Positions 1-13,299 of a stretch of DNA of 64,000 nt are shown one piece after another. Source of the DNA: Lepidodermella squamata. Lineage: Eukaryota; Animalia; Gastrotricha. The translations under genes and the position numbers were made by a program. The stretch covers positions 682,001 to 746,000 of the forward strand of contig JBLDXI010000003.1 of assembly GCA_047495785.1 (NCBI GenBank), read 5' to 3'. The notes below the pieces were generated by a model, which worked only from the letters and a program-made list of their open reading frames with translations, did no database searches and was not told where the DNA came from. Positions within the stretch are counted from its first letter, which is position 1. Every line of letters starts with the position of its first letter.

Positions 1-626
1 CGTATTCCACCGACACAGCGTAAATTTTGACCGTGCGGGGGATTTTGGCGAAGGATCAAATCACGCTGAAAGATCTGGATGAATCGGAATGAGGCGAACG
101 GAAGAAAGGCGACCTATAATGAGCAGGTGGAACGTTGGGTCGAGCGAATGGAGGAGATTCTTCGTCTTTATTGTCGTGATATCAATATCTCAGTCAGCAA
201 CAGCGCAGATATGCGGCAATTTTTTACCGGCGTTCAACTCCAAACGGTAGCAAACTTGGAACTTGGCCGAAGGACACCTACCACGTCCTTATGTGCATCA
301 GCGTCGGCGTGTTTGTTTGATAAGCCGGCGCTGATGCACGTAAGAGTTGGTGTTTACATCGATTATGTACAACAGCCGATTTAGCGGCGAACTGTACGGT
401 CATAAAGATACAACCAAGAAGCGAAAGGTTGCAACTTTGCAGAAATTGGGTAGAGAAGCTCGGATTGAACAAATCGAGCAGCTTTTGGATAACAACGAAA
501 TGGATCGAATAATGCAAATCAATGACCGATTTCCCGTGATGGAGTGCACTCGATATCACAGCATTATTAGCATTCTTTCGTTTCTCCGGTATTATTCAAC
601 GGAAGAAGGGAGAATTTAATTTCATC

Positions 627-760
627 TGTGACTATGAAATTCCCGTCGTCCTCCTAACAGATCGTGGGACCAATGTGGACTCGGTCCTAATTCGAGATTT
701 CTGTGCTTATCTGGGTATCCAGAAAATCCGCACTGGGCGTTTTTCGCCAACCGGCAACCG
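627..760 (+). mobile_element. Gypsy/Ty3-type LTR retrotransposon integrase fragment (degenerate)
   Basis: Translates as ...LLTDRGTNVDSVLIRDFCAYLGIQKIRTGRFSPTGN, matching the rve core pattern SD.GT.F.S.....C..LGI.K.RT..Y.P..NG. No long ORF. Confidence 0.7.
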
Positions 761-1235
761 CAGCGACATGCTCAAATCTTCCCCAACGTCGCCAAAGGAA
801 ATAAAAGTCGAAGAAAACAGGAGCGCTGAAGCTGAATACACTCTCGTTTTTCGGTATTGTGATGCTTCCGAAATTGAAGTGGATTTGAACATGGAATGGG
901 AACAGAGCGTTTTATAGTGACGTGATCTTACCTACCTACACCACTTTTCCCCGTACGTTTCGACATTCTACCTGTGAACGGGACCCTTAGCCTTGAGTCT
1001 TGGGCAATGTTCCATGTCAGTTACATCAGTTGCTTCCGTTTCGCGCCCCCGGATCACCCCACTGCCGGTCTGGCGCCGAAAAAATTAGTTGTGAAATGAA
1101 CACCCTTTTCTAAGGGCATACTGTTGCTTTGTATTGAAACTATTGACCCGAGGATATAGAAATAACATACTTCAGGCCGAGGTTCCGTCTCGGACTTCAA
1201 TTCAACTGTGACAAGCGACTTGAGAAGCGACTTGG

Positions 1236-1406
1236 GCGAGCCTTGAACCTTTGAGCTTTGAGCCAGAACCCTGAGGCCTGAAATTCAAGTAACGTTTGTT
1301 GATTATGGCTAATTATTGTGCTTTATACACGACAGACATTTTGGCGAGCCTTGAACCTTTGAGCCTTTAAGCCTTTGAGCCCTTGAGTATTCAGCCTTGA
1401 GCCTTG
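1236..1406 (+). repeat. Short GAGCCTT-based tandem/dispersed repeat
   Basis: GGCGAGCCTTGAACCTTTGAGC occurs at about 1235 and 1343, with further (G)AGCCTT(T)GA units around it. Confidence 0.6.
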
Positions 1407-1894
1407 GTCATCCTATGAAGCCCTGGTGGCCTTCACCCTTCACGCCATGTAAGCCTTTTGCAAAATCCTCTGTTATTAATCCTTTGTCCCCTTCGAACCT
1501 CACACGTCGAGCTGCGCCTTGGCACCTTCCACTACCGTCATTCAGCCGAATGTCTACCGAGAAACGTATGGCAACTCGCGAAATCCCGCCGGTGAGCTGC
1601 GTTCGAATTTGGCATATTGGTTCGGTCTGTTGGACGGGTCGCATGGCAAGATAGGGAAGCTTTCTATTTCAATGATGACAGTAATGACAGTTTGACGAGG
1701 ATTATTTCCAATTAAAACCAATTTTATGTGAAAAACTCCTTTTTTCATTTATTCTCGCGAGGAGTGGGTTAAATTGTCACAGAAATGACGAATTTGATGT
1801 CTAAAATTTTGTCCGAAGACATTTACCATGTCTCATCGACACTGCTTCTTCTTATTCGCTAAGGCGCGCTGCTCAAAACTTGACGAATTTAAAA

Positions 1895-2260
1895 GCTATG
1901 ACAGCGTCGATGACCCGGCCAAATCGACTATTTTCCCGCCGGAATTTCTAAACGCGTAAAGCCCGTCATTGCTGCCACCTCATCTTCTCCGACTCAAGTG
2001 ATACTACCGCGAAACCTAAACCTTTTACATTGGTCTTTGCAATGGTACCAGAATGGTCGTCACTGCCCTACATCGAAACACCATACAATGTGAGATTCCT
2101 ACCGGCTCCTTCCGAGGCAAGCAAGTCTTCATACCAAGAATCGAGTTGACCACGGATGAGAGCTCAGAAATCATTGCTATGCGGCGCCGCCACTTCCCTG
2201 TGCGGCTGGCTTGAGCACTGACCATCACTAAAAGCCAGGGACAGTCTTTGGACGCCGTCA
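1895..2260 (+). mobile_element. Helitron PIF1-type helicase C-terminal fragment (pseudogenised)
   Basis: Reads DSVDD..FPPEFLN..PPHLLRLK / RNLN..GLCNGTR..IPRIEL..RRHFPVRLA*ALTITKSQGQSL, diagnostic of the Helitron RepHel helicase. Stops and indels present. Confidence 0.85.
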
Positions 2261-2532
2261 GGTATAGGTTCCCACATATTGAATAGATTGTTTATACACA
2301 AAATTCGGCTAAATGGGAGCTACAATGCCTGAATGTATAAATTACAGACCTCTAGCTGACTGTTAGAAAGAGACATAAAGCTTTTTCGAAACTTACAGAA
2401 TGTTGCTTTTCACTGAATTCCGATTGATTTGCATCGATAAAAGTTAATAACTGAACTAAACAGAGAAAATTCAATTAATCGGAGAATATATATCAGAGAT
2501 TATTTGAGCATTGGTTTAGTATTTTGGCAGTG

Positions 2533-5500
2533 CTAATCGGTCAACCGCTTCACCATACACTTTGCCAAGCTGCGGTGACCCATTTGCATGGCAACCTCGA
2601 TCGGAGTACAGCCCTTTTTGTTCTTCAGCTTCACCAAATCAGGTTGCCTCTCGAGCAGAAATTCAGCTACGTCTTCATCTCCATCATCGCGAGCTGTCAA
2701 ATGCAACAAGGTGTTCCCATCCTGGTCACATTGCGCCAAATCAACGCCATTGTCAACAAGCAGCTTGGCACATTTCGCACTTTTAATGCACAGAAAGAAT
2801 GGCTCGCAAACTTTCACATCGGCTTTGAACTCTTCTACGAGCAATTTAGCATAGTCATACAGATCGTGGGCACAGGCAAACATCAGAGGTGTATGTCCAG
2901 TGTCATCTTTTTCGTTGAGCAAATCGGGACATTTTGTAAGCACAAATTTAACCGCATCGACGCTCAACTTTTTATTCAATAGAGAGGTGAACAGAGATCG
3001 ACCGCTTTCTGGCACAATCCCGCGTAATTTAGCTCCTTTTTCGACCAAATACTCGGCGATCGCAATGAGGCCGAATTCCAGGGCGAGATAAACGGGTGAT
3101 TGATCGGCGAAATCAATATCGGAGCCGCATTCCTCAACAAGACATTTCACAACTTCTAGAGCCTTCCTATCAGCAATAGCGTAATTCAATGGAAAGCCAT
3201 GTTCAGACGGTTCAATCGAATCTGGTTGTAGTTTGGCGATGTGAGTGATAATTTCCACATTACCGCCCGCAATTGCGTCGAAAATCATGCGACGTTTATT
3301 AGGTTTTCCTGTTGAGACGCCAGCCTCAATAAGGTACTCAAAAACGTCCTTTTGACCAAAATGGCACGCGATAATGATAGCGGTTTCGCCCTGATTATTT
3401 TCGAATTCAAGACTCATTTTACGACTTTCGAGCAAGAATTTGACCAAATCGAGGTTACCACGCTCAACCACGTTGAGTAACAGATTGTTGCCCTTGTTAT
3501 CGATTTCACTTTCAAGATCAGCATCGCATTCATCGATGAAGAATTTCGCCATTTCAACACTGTCGGCGTGAAGAATGGCCGATTTTCCGTCGGGACATTT
3601 TCGATTCAACTTCGCCCCGTAGGTGTGGATCAAAAGTCGAGCCATCTCGACAGCTGAAGCAGATTTACATCCAGCAGCTTCCATCAGAAGGGTTCGGCGT
3701 TTTCTATCGCCGAGGTTTCTATGATTGGCGAGCATTAGCCGACAATCATCTTTTACATTTTTTCGACTAAACAAATTTGTCAGCGTTTCGAGGTCTCCAC
3801 TTTGAGCTGCATCATGGAGGAGCTTGAGATCACGTGCAATCTAAGAGTATAAACAACATAGTTATCAAATGCTATAAATACAAATTGACAAAAAAATTGA
3901 AATGGTGGCTGGTGGTTCGAAGGAATTTAGTTGGGAGGCACCTGGCAGCCAGTACCGGCGCAATCATGCTGCGTCTTCAAAAGGAAAACCCGGAATACCA
4001 AGTTCTGACCCTGTGCTATAAGATCGGAGTTCGTCTTTTGAAGACGATGTCTACGAAGGCGCAGCTCTTCGGCTGCTTGATATAAGAACCTCCATTCGGT
4101 TAATTAACCGTTTCCGTGAAATTTTCCCGGGCTATACTCGACGGCAATCAGCTCGAGACATTCCTGCTGCTCGTCCCCCGTCTGCTTGACTACACGACGC
4201 CAAAGAATTATTGGCGTAATATAAAAATCCTTCACTTCGAAGTTTCTACGCTTAACAATACATGCAAGCTCTCACGTCTTCATTTTAGCCCGTCGGTCTA
4301 CACTTTTCAAGATATCTGAAGATTAGTAATTGCCTTGCTGAAGTGATCAAATATAATAACCAAATGCGCCTATATCGTTATATTTTAAGCAGAAAAGATT
4401 GCAGACGTCGGCAAAACTGGTGTCGCCTTCAATTTCCCGAAAGGGACCAGTCAGTTTAGCTTGATTAAGCCCGGATTCTTAGCTATCACTGAGGGTTGAT
4501 TTACCCAAATTAATCCTGTATGCAGAATGATTGTATTATTGTTTCTATTACAGGGCAGATGAGTGACATCGCCAATAGCCTGGACAAATTTTGTGGAGCA
4601 AATGGGAAACTGCATGTCAAAAAAGGAGCAGGAGGAAGATTTAGCTACAGCCGTGAAAAATTTGACGACCCAGGATGGCGACCTGAGTCGGCAAATGCAA
4701 GGCGACGAACGCCCGCATCGACGTGACGAACGCCGCGACAAATGCCCGCCTTGACGCGCTTGGTAGCCGTCTCAATAATGTGGAGAATGCAATTGCATTA
4801 ATTACTGCTCCTCCCCAGGTATGGTCGCAATTTTTTGCATCTGCTCAATTCTTACACACACACACTCATAATTTCAGGTTTTTCCAAAAATAATTCAACT
4901 ACGACGTCGACGACATTATTAATAACTTCGTGTTTTACAGAGTAAGTTACAGAGTAAAATTACCGATGATTGTGTTTTTGTCCCCTCTTTAGCGGGACTC
5001 GCGAACCGAGTCCGGTTCAGACAACTTTCACTGTATACGCGTATATGCTACTGTATACCTTGTTCTCCGCCTTACAATTATGTACTAGACTTCGGCCTTG
5101 AGCAGCAAGTAGCCAATTACGAACGACCTGCACTCAGTTTTCCAAACGATTCCCCGTGCCGTAGTTCCGTTGTTGAGTCGGCCCAATCTAATCGTACGGA
5201 CAACTTTATTGTTGTCAACTCGTACTGAGTACTAAACTTAATTGCATTGCCTTGTTCTCGTTTCTTCTCTTTAAGCATTTTATTTGTTGAACCAAAAGGC
5301 CTAAGGATTATCCCAAGCAGCAAGCCATGAAGCAATGCTGAACAATTGGTAATTGATTGGCAATTGTCGTAGAAATTGGTAATCTATTATAAATTGGGGT
5401 ACTAATTAAGTGGCAATTAAGTAGCAATTTTTTAGCTGTAAAACAGGTAGTGATGCATCGGTCATTCCATGAGTTTTTGCGGCATTTTTCGAGGAAACCA

Positions 5501-7058
5501 AGCTGAGAATACTAATTCGCCCGCATCAGCCGCACAGAAACGTTATGCGCCGTGTCTGAAACCTAACACGAGTTCGGCGGCGATGTCAGTTGTGTCCCGG
5601 CCCCCTGCGTCAAGCCCGCCGTCGACTTCGAATTCAGATTTCACTTCCGATTCCGCTTCTACCTCAGCTTCGTCCACGCCTCGTCCTCGTTAGGTTGGAC
5701 TGGAATGATGCGAATATTATTTTCCCTCGGTTTGTGAGCATAAGCATGAATCAGCTATCTCAGTATAAAATCGCAAAAATAAGACTTATTAGCACCAGAG
5801 CCCGAATACATTTTTTTACTCGCCCGTGTTTCCCAGCTCGCCCGCGTAGAAGTTGTTTAGATAAAAAATCGTTTTCGGACCGCCCGCACAGCCCGGATTT
5901 TTTTTATTCACGTCGCCCGTAATGCCCGACCCGCCGCCCGGAAGAAAAAGCCAGGGAATAAAAAATGTACACGCGCCCGCATAGCCCAGATTTTTTTATT
6001 GCTCGCCCGTATTATCCGCCGGATCTCCCCGGGCGCAGTGGGGAATAACAAAAACACCCTTGATGATAGTTATCTGCTGAAATTCCGTACTTTAATCAAT
6101 ACTAGCGCCCGCATTTACAAGGCTTTACAAATGCTAGATAACATTTCTCATTAAATTGAAGAAACAAACCTTGAGATTCGTCAAATCAGCTGTTTCGATT
6201 TTTTCATTCGTCAGGGCGTCCATCTATTTTGAAATTAAGGGTAACAAATTCGTCCTAATAAATGTGCCAACCTTGTCATGAATAATCCCAGTCGCGTTCA
6301 GCATATCGCTAACTTCACGAGCGGAGCAATAGAGAGCAGATTTTTCCATAAGGTTATCGAGGTCACCTTCAAACCTGCCCATCTCAGCTCGTAATTCCTT
6401 GAGATTTTCTGTCTCGGCTTTCAGCTCACCCTCGATCTTTACAAGACGATCTTCGAGCTGGAATTAGCAATTAAGATTTCAAGTGACTTGAGCATATTTT
6501 TAGAGACTTACCCCACAAGCAATAAAGCTCAGTTCCAATTTCATCATTTTGAGATGCGGGACCAAGCACGCAGGACAGAAGACGACGTGGCAATGCGGGC
6601 ATCGTGTCGCCGCAGACGATGACACCAATACTGGGACATGTTGGCAGCCCTCGCCAACAAATTTGCTTCCAATTTCAGTTCGGCAACGTTTCGCCGGAAC
6701 AGGATCGATGTCTAGAGCTGCTATAACTTGTTGAACAGCGTAGTTCGACAGCTGACCTAGACTGTCTTTTTTGACGCTCGGTTGAGACTTGCGGCATTCC
6801 GGACATGCGAAATCGGCCGTAGAAGCTTCGCAGATCGACCTGACACATGCCTCGCAAAACGTATGGTTGCATAGGGGTAGAACTATCGGCTCACGGTAAA
6901 TATTAAGACAAATCGGGCACGTGAGAGCCTGGAAATCAATTATGAAAATCAATTTTTCAAACATGATTATAGCAACCCACCGAAACTATCTCGCCATCAA
7001 TTGTCACCTCGTGATGCGCTGGAACATGCTGAGACTTGTCGAGGTTTTTCTGCGCCAT
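2533..7058 (-). CDS. TRIM-like RING / B-box-like / coiled-coil / ankyrin-repeat protein, copy 1 (about 680 aa)
   Basis: Exons 7058-6981, 6928-6512, 6457-6272, 6223-6170, 3840-2533. All introns GT-AG and phase 0, frame open throughout. RING CPIC..CNHTFCEAC..CPEC; CQH..CPHC..CPAC..H; helical exon; many ankyrin repeats (GETAIIIAC, GHTPLMFAC, GNTLLHL). The last intron is 2.3 kb. Confidence 0.82.
5820..6040. repeat. CGCCCG-motif repeat cluster inside the TRIM-ANK1 intron (likely DNA-transposon subterminal repeats)
   Basis: Repeated CGCCCG units, and a duplicated block cgcccgca(c/t)agccc(g/a)gattttttt(t)att at about 5881 and 5974. Confidence 0.45.
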
Positions 7059-7549
7059 TTCGACTCAGTTTTACAATGGTCGTAAGAGCTGCCTAAAGAA
7101 ATAATTGTTACATATCATCAGTGTATATGAATCCTTCAATTCCCAAGCATGAGCGAAGATTTGAAAATAAGATTAAGTCTCCAAGAAGCCCCTTCATAGG
7201 AACTACCCGCCCCTTTTTTGTTTCATATTTGTTCAGCTTTTTAACGCCAGTAATTTGTTAGGACTGGCGACTAAATATATTTTTCAGCTCAATGATTTAA
7301 ACCCCGAGTTTTTCGTCTGCTTCTGGATCACTGTATCGGCAGTGTCGTTATCACTTTCCGGAGAACCGTGAGAATACCGAGCAATTCGTCTAGGTGATTG
7401 TTAAAAAACGATGCAGAAGAACTAATCAGAAGGTAGTTTGGTCTTTTGGTACGAACATTCTTAGGCTCCGTCATGGCAACTGATTTTAAAAAAGATCTTC
7501 ATCTTTTGCAACAGATTCAGTCGAATCTTCATTGATAGGCCTTCCCTGC

Positions 7550-8440
7550 TGGCAGCCGAGGTCACCCACGATGGCTCTTTCGGCAAACAAGATTGCTAAA
7601 AAAGCCGAATGGGTATTCATGGACCACCATCGCAATTCATGCAAATCTTCACGCTTCACGCAGAAACCGAGCCGGATCTGATCAAGCTAATCCTATAGGG
7701 GATGGCACTGGCCCAAAGAAAAGGTCAAATACTTGAAGTCTGGCAAGTTTGATGTCGAAAGCATTGCTGAGACATTTGGCATCGACTGGTGAGCTGCCAC
7801 GAAAGATCTCCGGCCCTGGAAAGATGGACAAGAACCTCATGCCTCACGCATAGACTCTACCCTTGAAAAATGATTGCCAAGCTCAATCGGTCCAGCTAAC
7901 GCATGTACCGGCTATCCTGTTGATTGAAATGGGCCTGTTCGCGACTACCGATTTCTCAGACGTATTCTCAATCAAACCAAGCAGGTCCGCCACGGAATCC
8001 AGGTCATGTCAAAATTCAAATTCAAATTTGATGACGCGAAACGCCGCATTAGACTTTGACGTACATTGGACATCGACATGGCGATCTTGACAGTGGCGTA
8101 CCTAGCAACGGCCACCAGAACTGTTTGAATGACTATCACTGATTACTTTCCGCCTATAATTTACGCCTAATCCTCCTATTAGTGCGTTGATTAAAACTTT
8201 AACTGTTAGCTCAATGAACTTCATAGTTCATGCATTGGTAAGAAGAACTTGTGGCACGTTCAGGTCGTCACCACCGCAATTCATGCAAATCTTAACGTGT
8301 CACGAAGAAACCGAGCGAGGTCTCATTCAGCCGCTGGTTTACGGTCTGCTCACTCGAAAAATCGGCGACTGTACGAATGGTTCTTCCGGGCTCCGATTGC
8401 AAACTCAAGAACTTTTGCCTTCAGCCACGCTGTACCTAAT
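7550..8440 (+). mobile_element. MULE (Mutator-like) transposase remnants
   Basis: Two related fragments: ..PPSQFMQIFTLHAETE (about 7620) and GTFRSSPPQFMQILTCHEETERGLIQPLVYGLLTRK (about 8250). Both match the MULE DGTF...FxQLxTIH...PxxYxLL pattern. Confidence 0.65.
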
Positions 8441-8702
8441 ATCTACGACGCGATGGGACGAGCGGTTTAAAGCTGTGAAACTGTGATTCGACCCTGTTTC
8501 CGTCTTTGATGCACCGGACGAACCAGCTTGAATTTCGCTAGAATCTTAAATAATTTCTAAATATAAACAAATATATAATGGTGTGAATTTTGACATTGAG
8601 TACATTCATTGAGTAAATAGGTATAATAATAAATATTGCCGGAATTTCTTCGATATGATAACAATGGAGTATATAATATAAATGTTTTCTTCCAGCCTGC
8701 CA

Positions 8703-11027
8703 TCATTCAGATTGACTGGCAAGAATCGCATTGAGTAAAGCTTTCGCGACTTCCTCCTTCTTCAGTTTGATAGCGAAATCCAACGGCGAAAAACCGGTAT
8801 TATTCCGAGCAGTAAGCAAAACCGGCGATTTTCGAGCAATAAATGTGATGAGTTCCACTGTTTCAGCAGCAGGAACGTCCGAACAAACAGACAAGTGTAG
8901 AACAGAACTGCCATTATTGTCCTTCGAGCACAGATCAGCGCCGTTCTCAACTAGGATCTCAGCACATTCTGCAGAATCAAAACACGACAGAATTGGCGAC
9001 CTGTGATGAACATCGGCCTTGAATTCTTCAATCAGGCACTTGACGAGATCAGGAAAGTCGCAGGCACACGCGTAATGGAGTGCAGTCTCGCCTTTTGAAG
9101 TTTTCTTACGCAACAAGTCAGGGCAGTGCTGCAAAATAAGGCGAACTGGTTCGATAGATCCAATCTCACAGCAAATCAACTGCAGCAGGTTGAGACTTTC
9201 CGAAGCATGCTTAAACTCAGCTTTCAAGTCAGCCCCCTTTTCAATCAAATACTTGGCCACTTCCATTGACTGTTGAAAACACGCTGCGGCAAGTGGAGTG
9301 TAGCCAGACCGATCCCGAGCTTCAATGTCAGCATGGCAATCTTCAACCAGAAATCGAATAACTTCCATAGCTTTCTCAACTCCAAGCTCGTCATCGGCGG
9401 ATGCAGAAATAGCACGAGTCAATGGAGTGGACTCGCGTTGGTCAGACGCGGCGGTATTCAACAGATCTGGGCACACTTCAAGGACGAACTTGATAACTTC
9501 CAGATTCCCTCCGCGAACAGCTTCCTTCAGCAGTGTATTTCCGTTACATCTCGCACTGAAATCTGCTCCTTTTCCGTGGAAATACCGCAAAATTTCGACA
9601 TGCCCATGCTTTGCAGCTTTGAAAACGCCGAAAACTACGCTTTCCTTTGGCGAGTCCACGGCGACATTCTTCTCTTCAACTATATATTTGATCAAGTCAA
9701 AGCATCCTCTTTTCGCAGCTTTCGTGACAATCGTATCGCCATAGTCATTTTTGCAGTTGAGCAGTTTAGGATCACATTCTTCTAGGAAGAACCTCGCCAT
9801 CTCAGGTGTTCTGACAAAGTGAATTGCTTGAGCACTCGACCGATATCGATTGGTAGCGTACAGATCAGCCTGGTTTTCTTTGATTAGAAAACGAGCGAAA
9901 TCAACCGCCTTGGGATCAAGACTAGCTGCCACTTGCATTAGCAAAGTTTTGCGCCATTTACTCGGCACATCGCGGTGGTTAGCCATGTAGATCTTAGCGC
10001 TTTTTGACAAGGATTTTCGGCCGAAAAGTTTGTACAATGCTTCGAAGTTGTCCTCTTCAGCGGCTTGGTGCATTTTCATCAAATCGTAGGGCAATTCACG
10101 ACTCAAATCCGCGATTCGCACAGTTTCATCGAAATTTCGATTTATATCAACCTATCAACAACTCGAACTTGCTGTTTCATAACATTCAAAAACACTCACC
10201 AAAAGGAAATGGCATTCCAAGGAAAATGTATAAATCTGCATCAACTTCGCCCCGCCGTGATACAACGAAGAAAAATCGAGTTGTGATATGTCAACCTTCC
10301 TTTCGTTCAATCTTTGCCGCATAATTGCAGCCCGAGTTTTAAGTTCTTTCAACCTCTCAACATTATTAGCCTTCAACGTCTCCAGCTTCAACTCAAACAT
10401 TTCATTCTGGTCACAGATCTAAGTTATAACTAAATGTGAAAGATTTTCTTTACGCTCGAAGATCGTTCTCACCCCACTTTCAATAATGTCAAGTTCCAGC
10501 AGAAGGATTTCACAGTGAGAGACCCAGCAAACAGAACAAAACCTTTGGCTGCAATGGTCGCAAAGCGTTGCGCTATTCGGTGCAGTGAAAAATGGAACAT
10601 GCAAGCAGTGTTCGCCCAGTTCTTTCTCGTGCCACAGATAAGTGAGATCATCCGGAGCTTGTTTAGCTACTTTGTACATCAAATTGAAGCGAGGATCGTC
10701 ACCATAAAGCGCACTAACGCAACGCTTGAGAGCGAAATTCGTCCGATATTTGTAATTTGGCGCGTCGACCTCGGGTTGAACCGACTCGCATAGAACGATG
10801 GGACACGTAAAGGGCTTTGAACGCTCTTTTCCCATGCATGATTTGCAAATTGTGTGGTTGCATCGGGGAAGAATAATGGGGTCCATGCTAGTTTTCTCAC
10901 AAACTTCGCAATGCAGGGCCTGAAATGACACGTTGAACAATTGGAATGGAAAAAAATCTGTCCCAATTACCCAAGTCAATTGGCCATCCAAATACAGCTT
11001 TTGCGCTACTGGAGGTAACGATTCCAT
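8703..11027 (-). CDS. TRIM-like RING / B-box-like / coiled-coil / ankyrin-repeat protein, copy 2 (about 723 aa)
   Basis: Exons 11027-10971, 10919-10473, 10418-10200, 10151-8703. Introns of 51, 54 and 48 nt, all GT-AG and phase 0. These join track ORFs 10419-11027, 10155-10400 and 8703-10121 into one frame. Confidence 0.88.
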
Positions 11028-12489
11028 GCCCGAAAAAAAAGATTATTCTAAAGCCTAGAACAAAAATGTAAAAATGTTGACTGTAAAGCGACAAAATTTC
11101 AGCCATCATAAAATGAGAAATTGTTTGAGATCATTGCGATATTCGTGATACAAATTCAGCAGCTTTCGTCAAATATTTGCACAATTGGTCAGATGCTGGC
11201 GGCAAGCTTTGCTGGGCTTAGGGCTTTGGGGGTTCGAAAATGTGTTCGGTCGATATCGCCGATCATCTAAATTTTGAAAACATTTGGTGAATGTAGAAAG
11301 TTATTCAATATTTCATAATTTTGAGAGCCAGAAAATCGGAATCGAACGGAATGGGAAATCTCACATCGGAAGTAATCTCAACTTGAAGCGTGTGATGCTA
11401 TCACCTGAAGATTTTCGCAAATACTTGATCATGATACAGATCACATTGCAATGGTTTTGTTCAGCGTTGAACCCAGCGTTAGGTGAACCACGACTAAACT
11501 CTCTCGAACAAACCTCTACATCGATTCTGGTCGTCGTTCTTATTTTTTTCCTGCCGGATACAAGAATCAGAATTATGACTGATACCAATTCCGCCGTCTC
11601 ATTGCCTATGTGCTCGTGATGTAAGAGAAAACACGCGTACAGCAACTTGATTGTCGGCACACCAGAGCACGCGCCTGCAGTGTCGAACCTCCCGGCGTTG
11701 CATGCTCATTTCTCCGAACTCAACAAGGCTGCCAAATTGGCCAAAGAAAAAGAGCACGCCGAATAGCTCTCTTCTCAGCTTGAAGCAAAGTCTGACTTCA
11801 ATGCCATGAGTCAACTGTGCTTGATCCATGATCACATAGCAAAACAATTCATGCTACTTCTACTTCTGCGTCAACGTTTAGCCTTTTGCCCATGATCAAA
11901 GAAACTAAAAAGCGCATCAAAAAGTTTAAAAACGTTAACTGTCCGAGCGTCACTCTCATCCTTTTGGAAAAGCTGGAGGATACTTGTTATAACTACCATT
12001 CAATCGTTGTGAAGCATATTTCCCCTGGCGATGTCGAAGTTATTGAGCGAAGGCGAGACAGGTGGGCTGACAGCGTTGTTGACACTATGAAGCAGAGGTT
12101 TCAGTCGAGCAAAACCCTTCTCAACAACCTAACAAATTATTGGGTCAAAGCTGCCCCAAGGATGAGTATGGCCTAGATACTCACGGTGAGTGATTCCGTA
12201 TCTTGCTGTATCTTGCCAGCTATTCCGGCTGGGAGACAGACGTTAACAGACAGACAGATACTCAGAGATCTAAGCTCATGGAAGCGCACTCCAAGCGCAA
12301 GTTGAGCCAGAGACTGGTCATCCCCCTACGGCTGACTGTGTGCGTAAGATTTCAGAGCGAATGTGATCCGCTCAAGTGCTTATAAACAGGTGATACCCAA
12401 CTGACAACATTCAATTCATTTAGCCTAACATTTATATCAATCGAGTCTATTGTTGCCGCTTATTTCCAAGTACGAATCGACGAACCCGG

Positions 12490-12760
12490 TCACGGGATTA
12501 TGATTTTAGCGACCGACGCCAAGCTGCTTCGGCTGAGCAAATCCACACGCATTCATGTAGACGGAACCTTTGAGATAGTTCCCTTGTTTGATCAACTGCG
12601 GACAATTCACCATGAAGAGAAAGGTCTTGGTCAACCTGATGCCTTTGTTCTTTCAACTGACATGACTAGTGATATCTACGAACAAATTCTCGCAGTTGTT
12701 CTGGAGCACATCGAGCGCATTCAAAATCGACTTCGAGAGCCGTCTTTTTCACGTGCTTAG
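12490..12760 (+). mobile_element. MULE transposase fragment
   Basis: IHVDGTFEIVPLFDQLRTIH..PDAFVLS..IYEQIL carries the DGTF motif typical of MULE transposases. Confidence 0.75.
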
Positions 12761-13299
12761 AAAGCTGGTAACTTGAAAAGTCGATCTTCGACACTGCCGG
12801 GACCAGGGCAACACTGGTTTGTTTCCAGTAACGTCAGCAGCCGGGTCGAAGTCTATGAATCGCTTTTTGGGGCATTCTCAAAGCAGTCTCAAGATGCAAA
12901 ACGCCAGTTACACGACCGCTATGCCATTCACGTCGTTCACGAAAACACGAGTTGCGGTTCATGCCTTGTTCGCAACAGTCTAATTCCGACGATTGTGGCC
13001 TCTTCCCGGCATTAAAGAACGAGAACGGGTGAAACGTGGGCGGCACGCGGAAACAAGAAGTGTGCGCATTAATTATGCTAAATAAACGAATACCACAATT
13101 TTGAGATGAATTCGAAATAAATCTATGTTCTGATGTTTTCACTAACAGTAACAGAAGTACAGAGAGTCGCATTTTTATACTCTAACGCTTATTTAAGCTC
13201 GTTCGCGGTTGCTAATTCTGCAGTTTTAAATCACATGTACGAATAGCCAAAAACGCGTACATATTTATGTACGAATAGCGCCACTCTATTTTAACCAGA

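Noticed and set aside
1190-1410. CRISPR-like repeat array
   Set aside because: Irregular short repeats without unique spacers of constant length, in a eukaryotic context with no cas genes.
4979-5344. Possible solo LTR (TG...CA ends) in the TRIM-ANK1 intron
   Set aside because: No matching target-site duplication and no second copy in the window.
11280-12400. Several short overlapping ORFs
   Set aside because: No recognisable motifs or consistent splice model. Probably decayed TE sequence.
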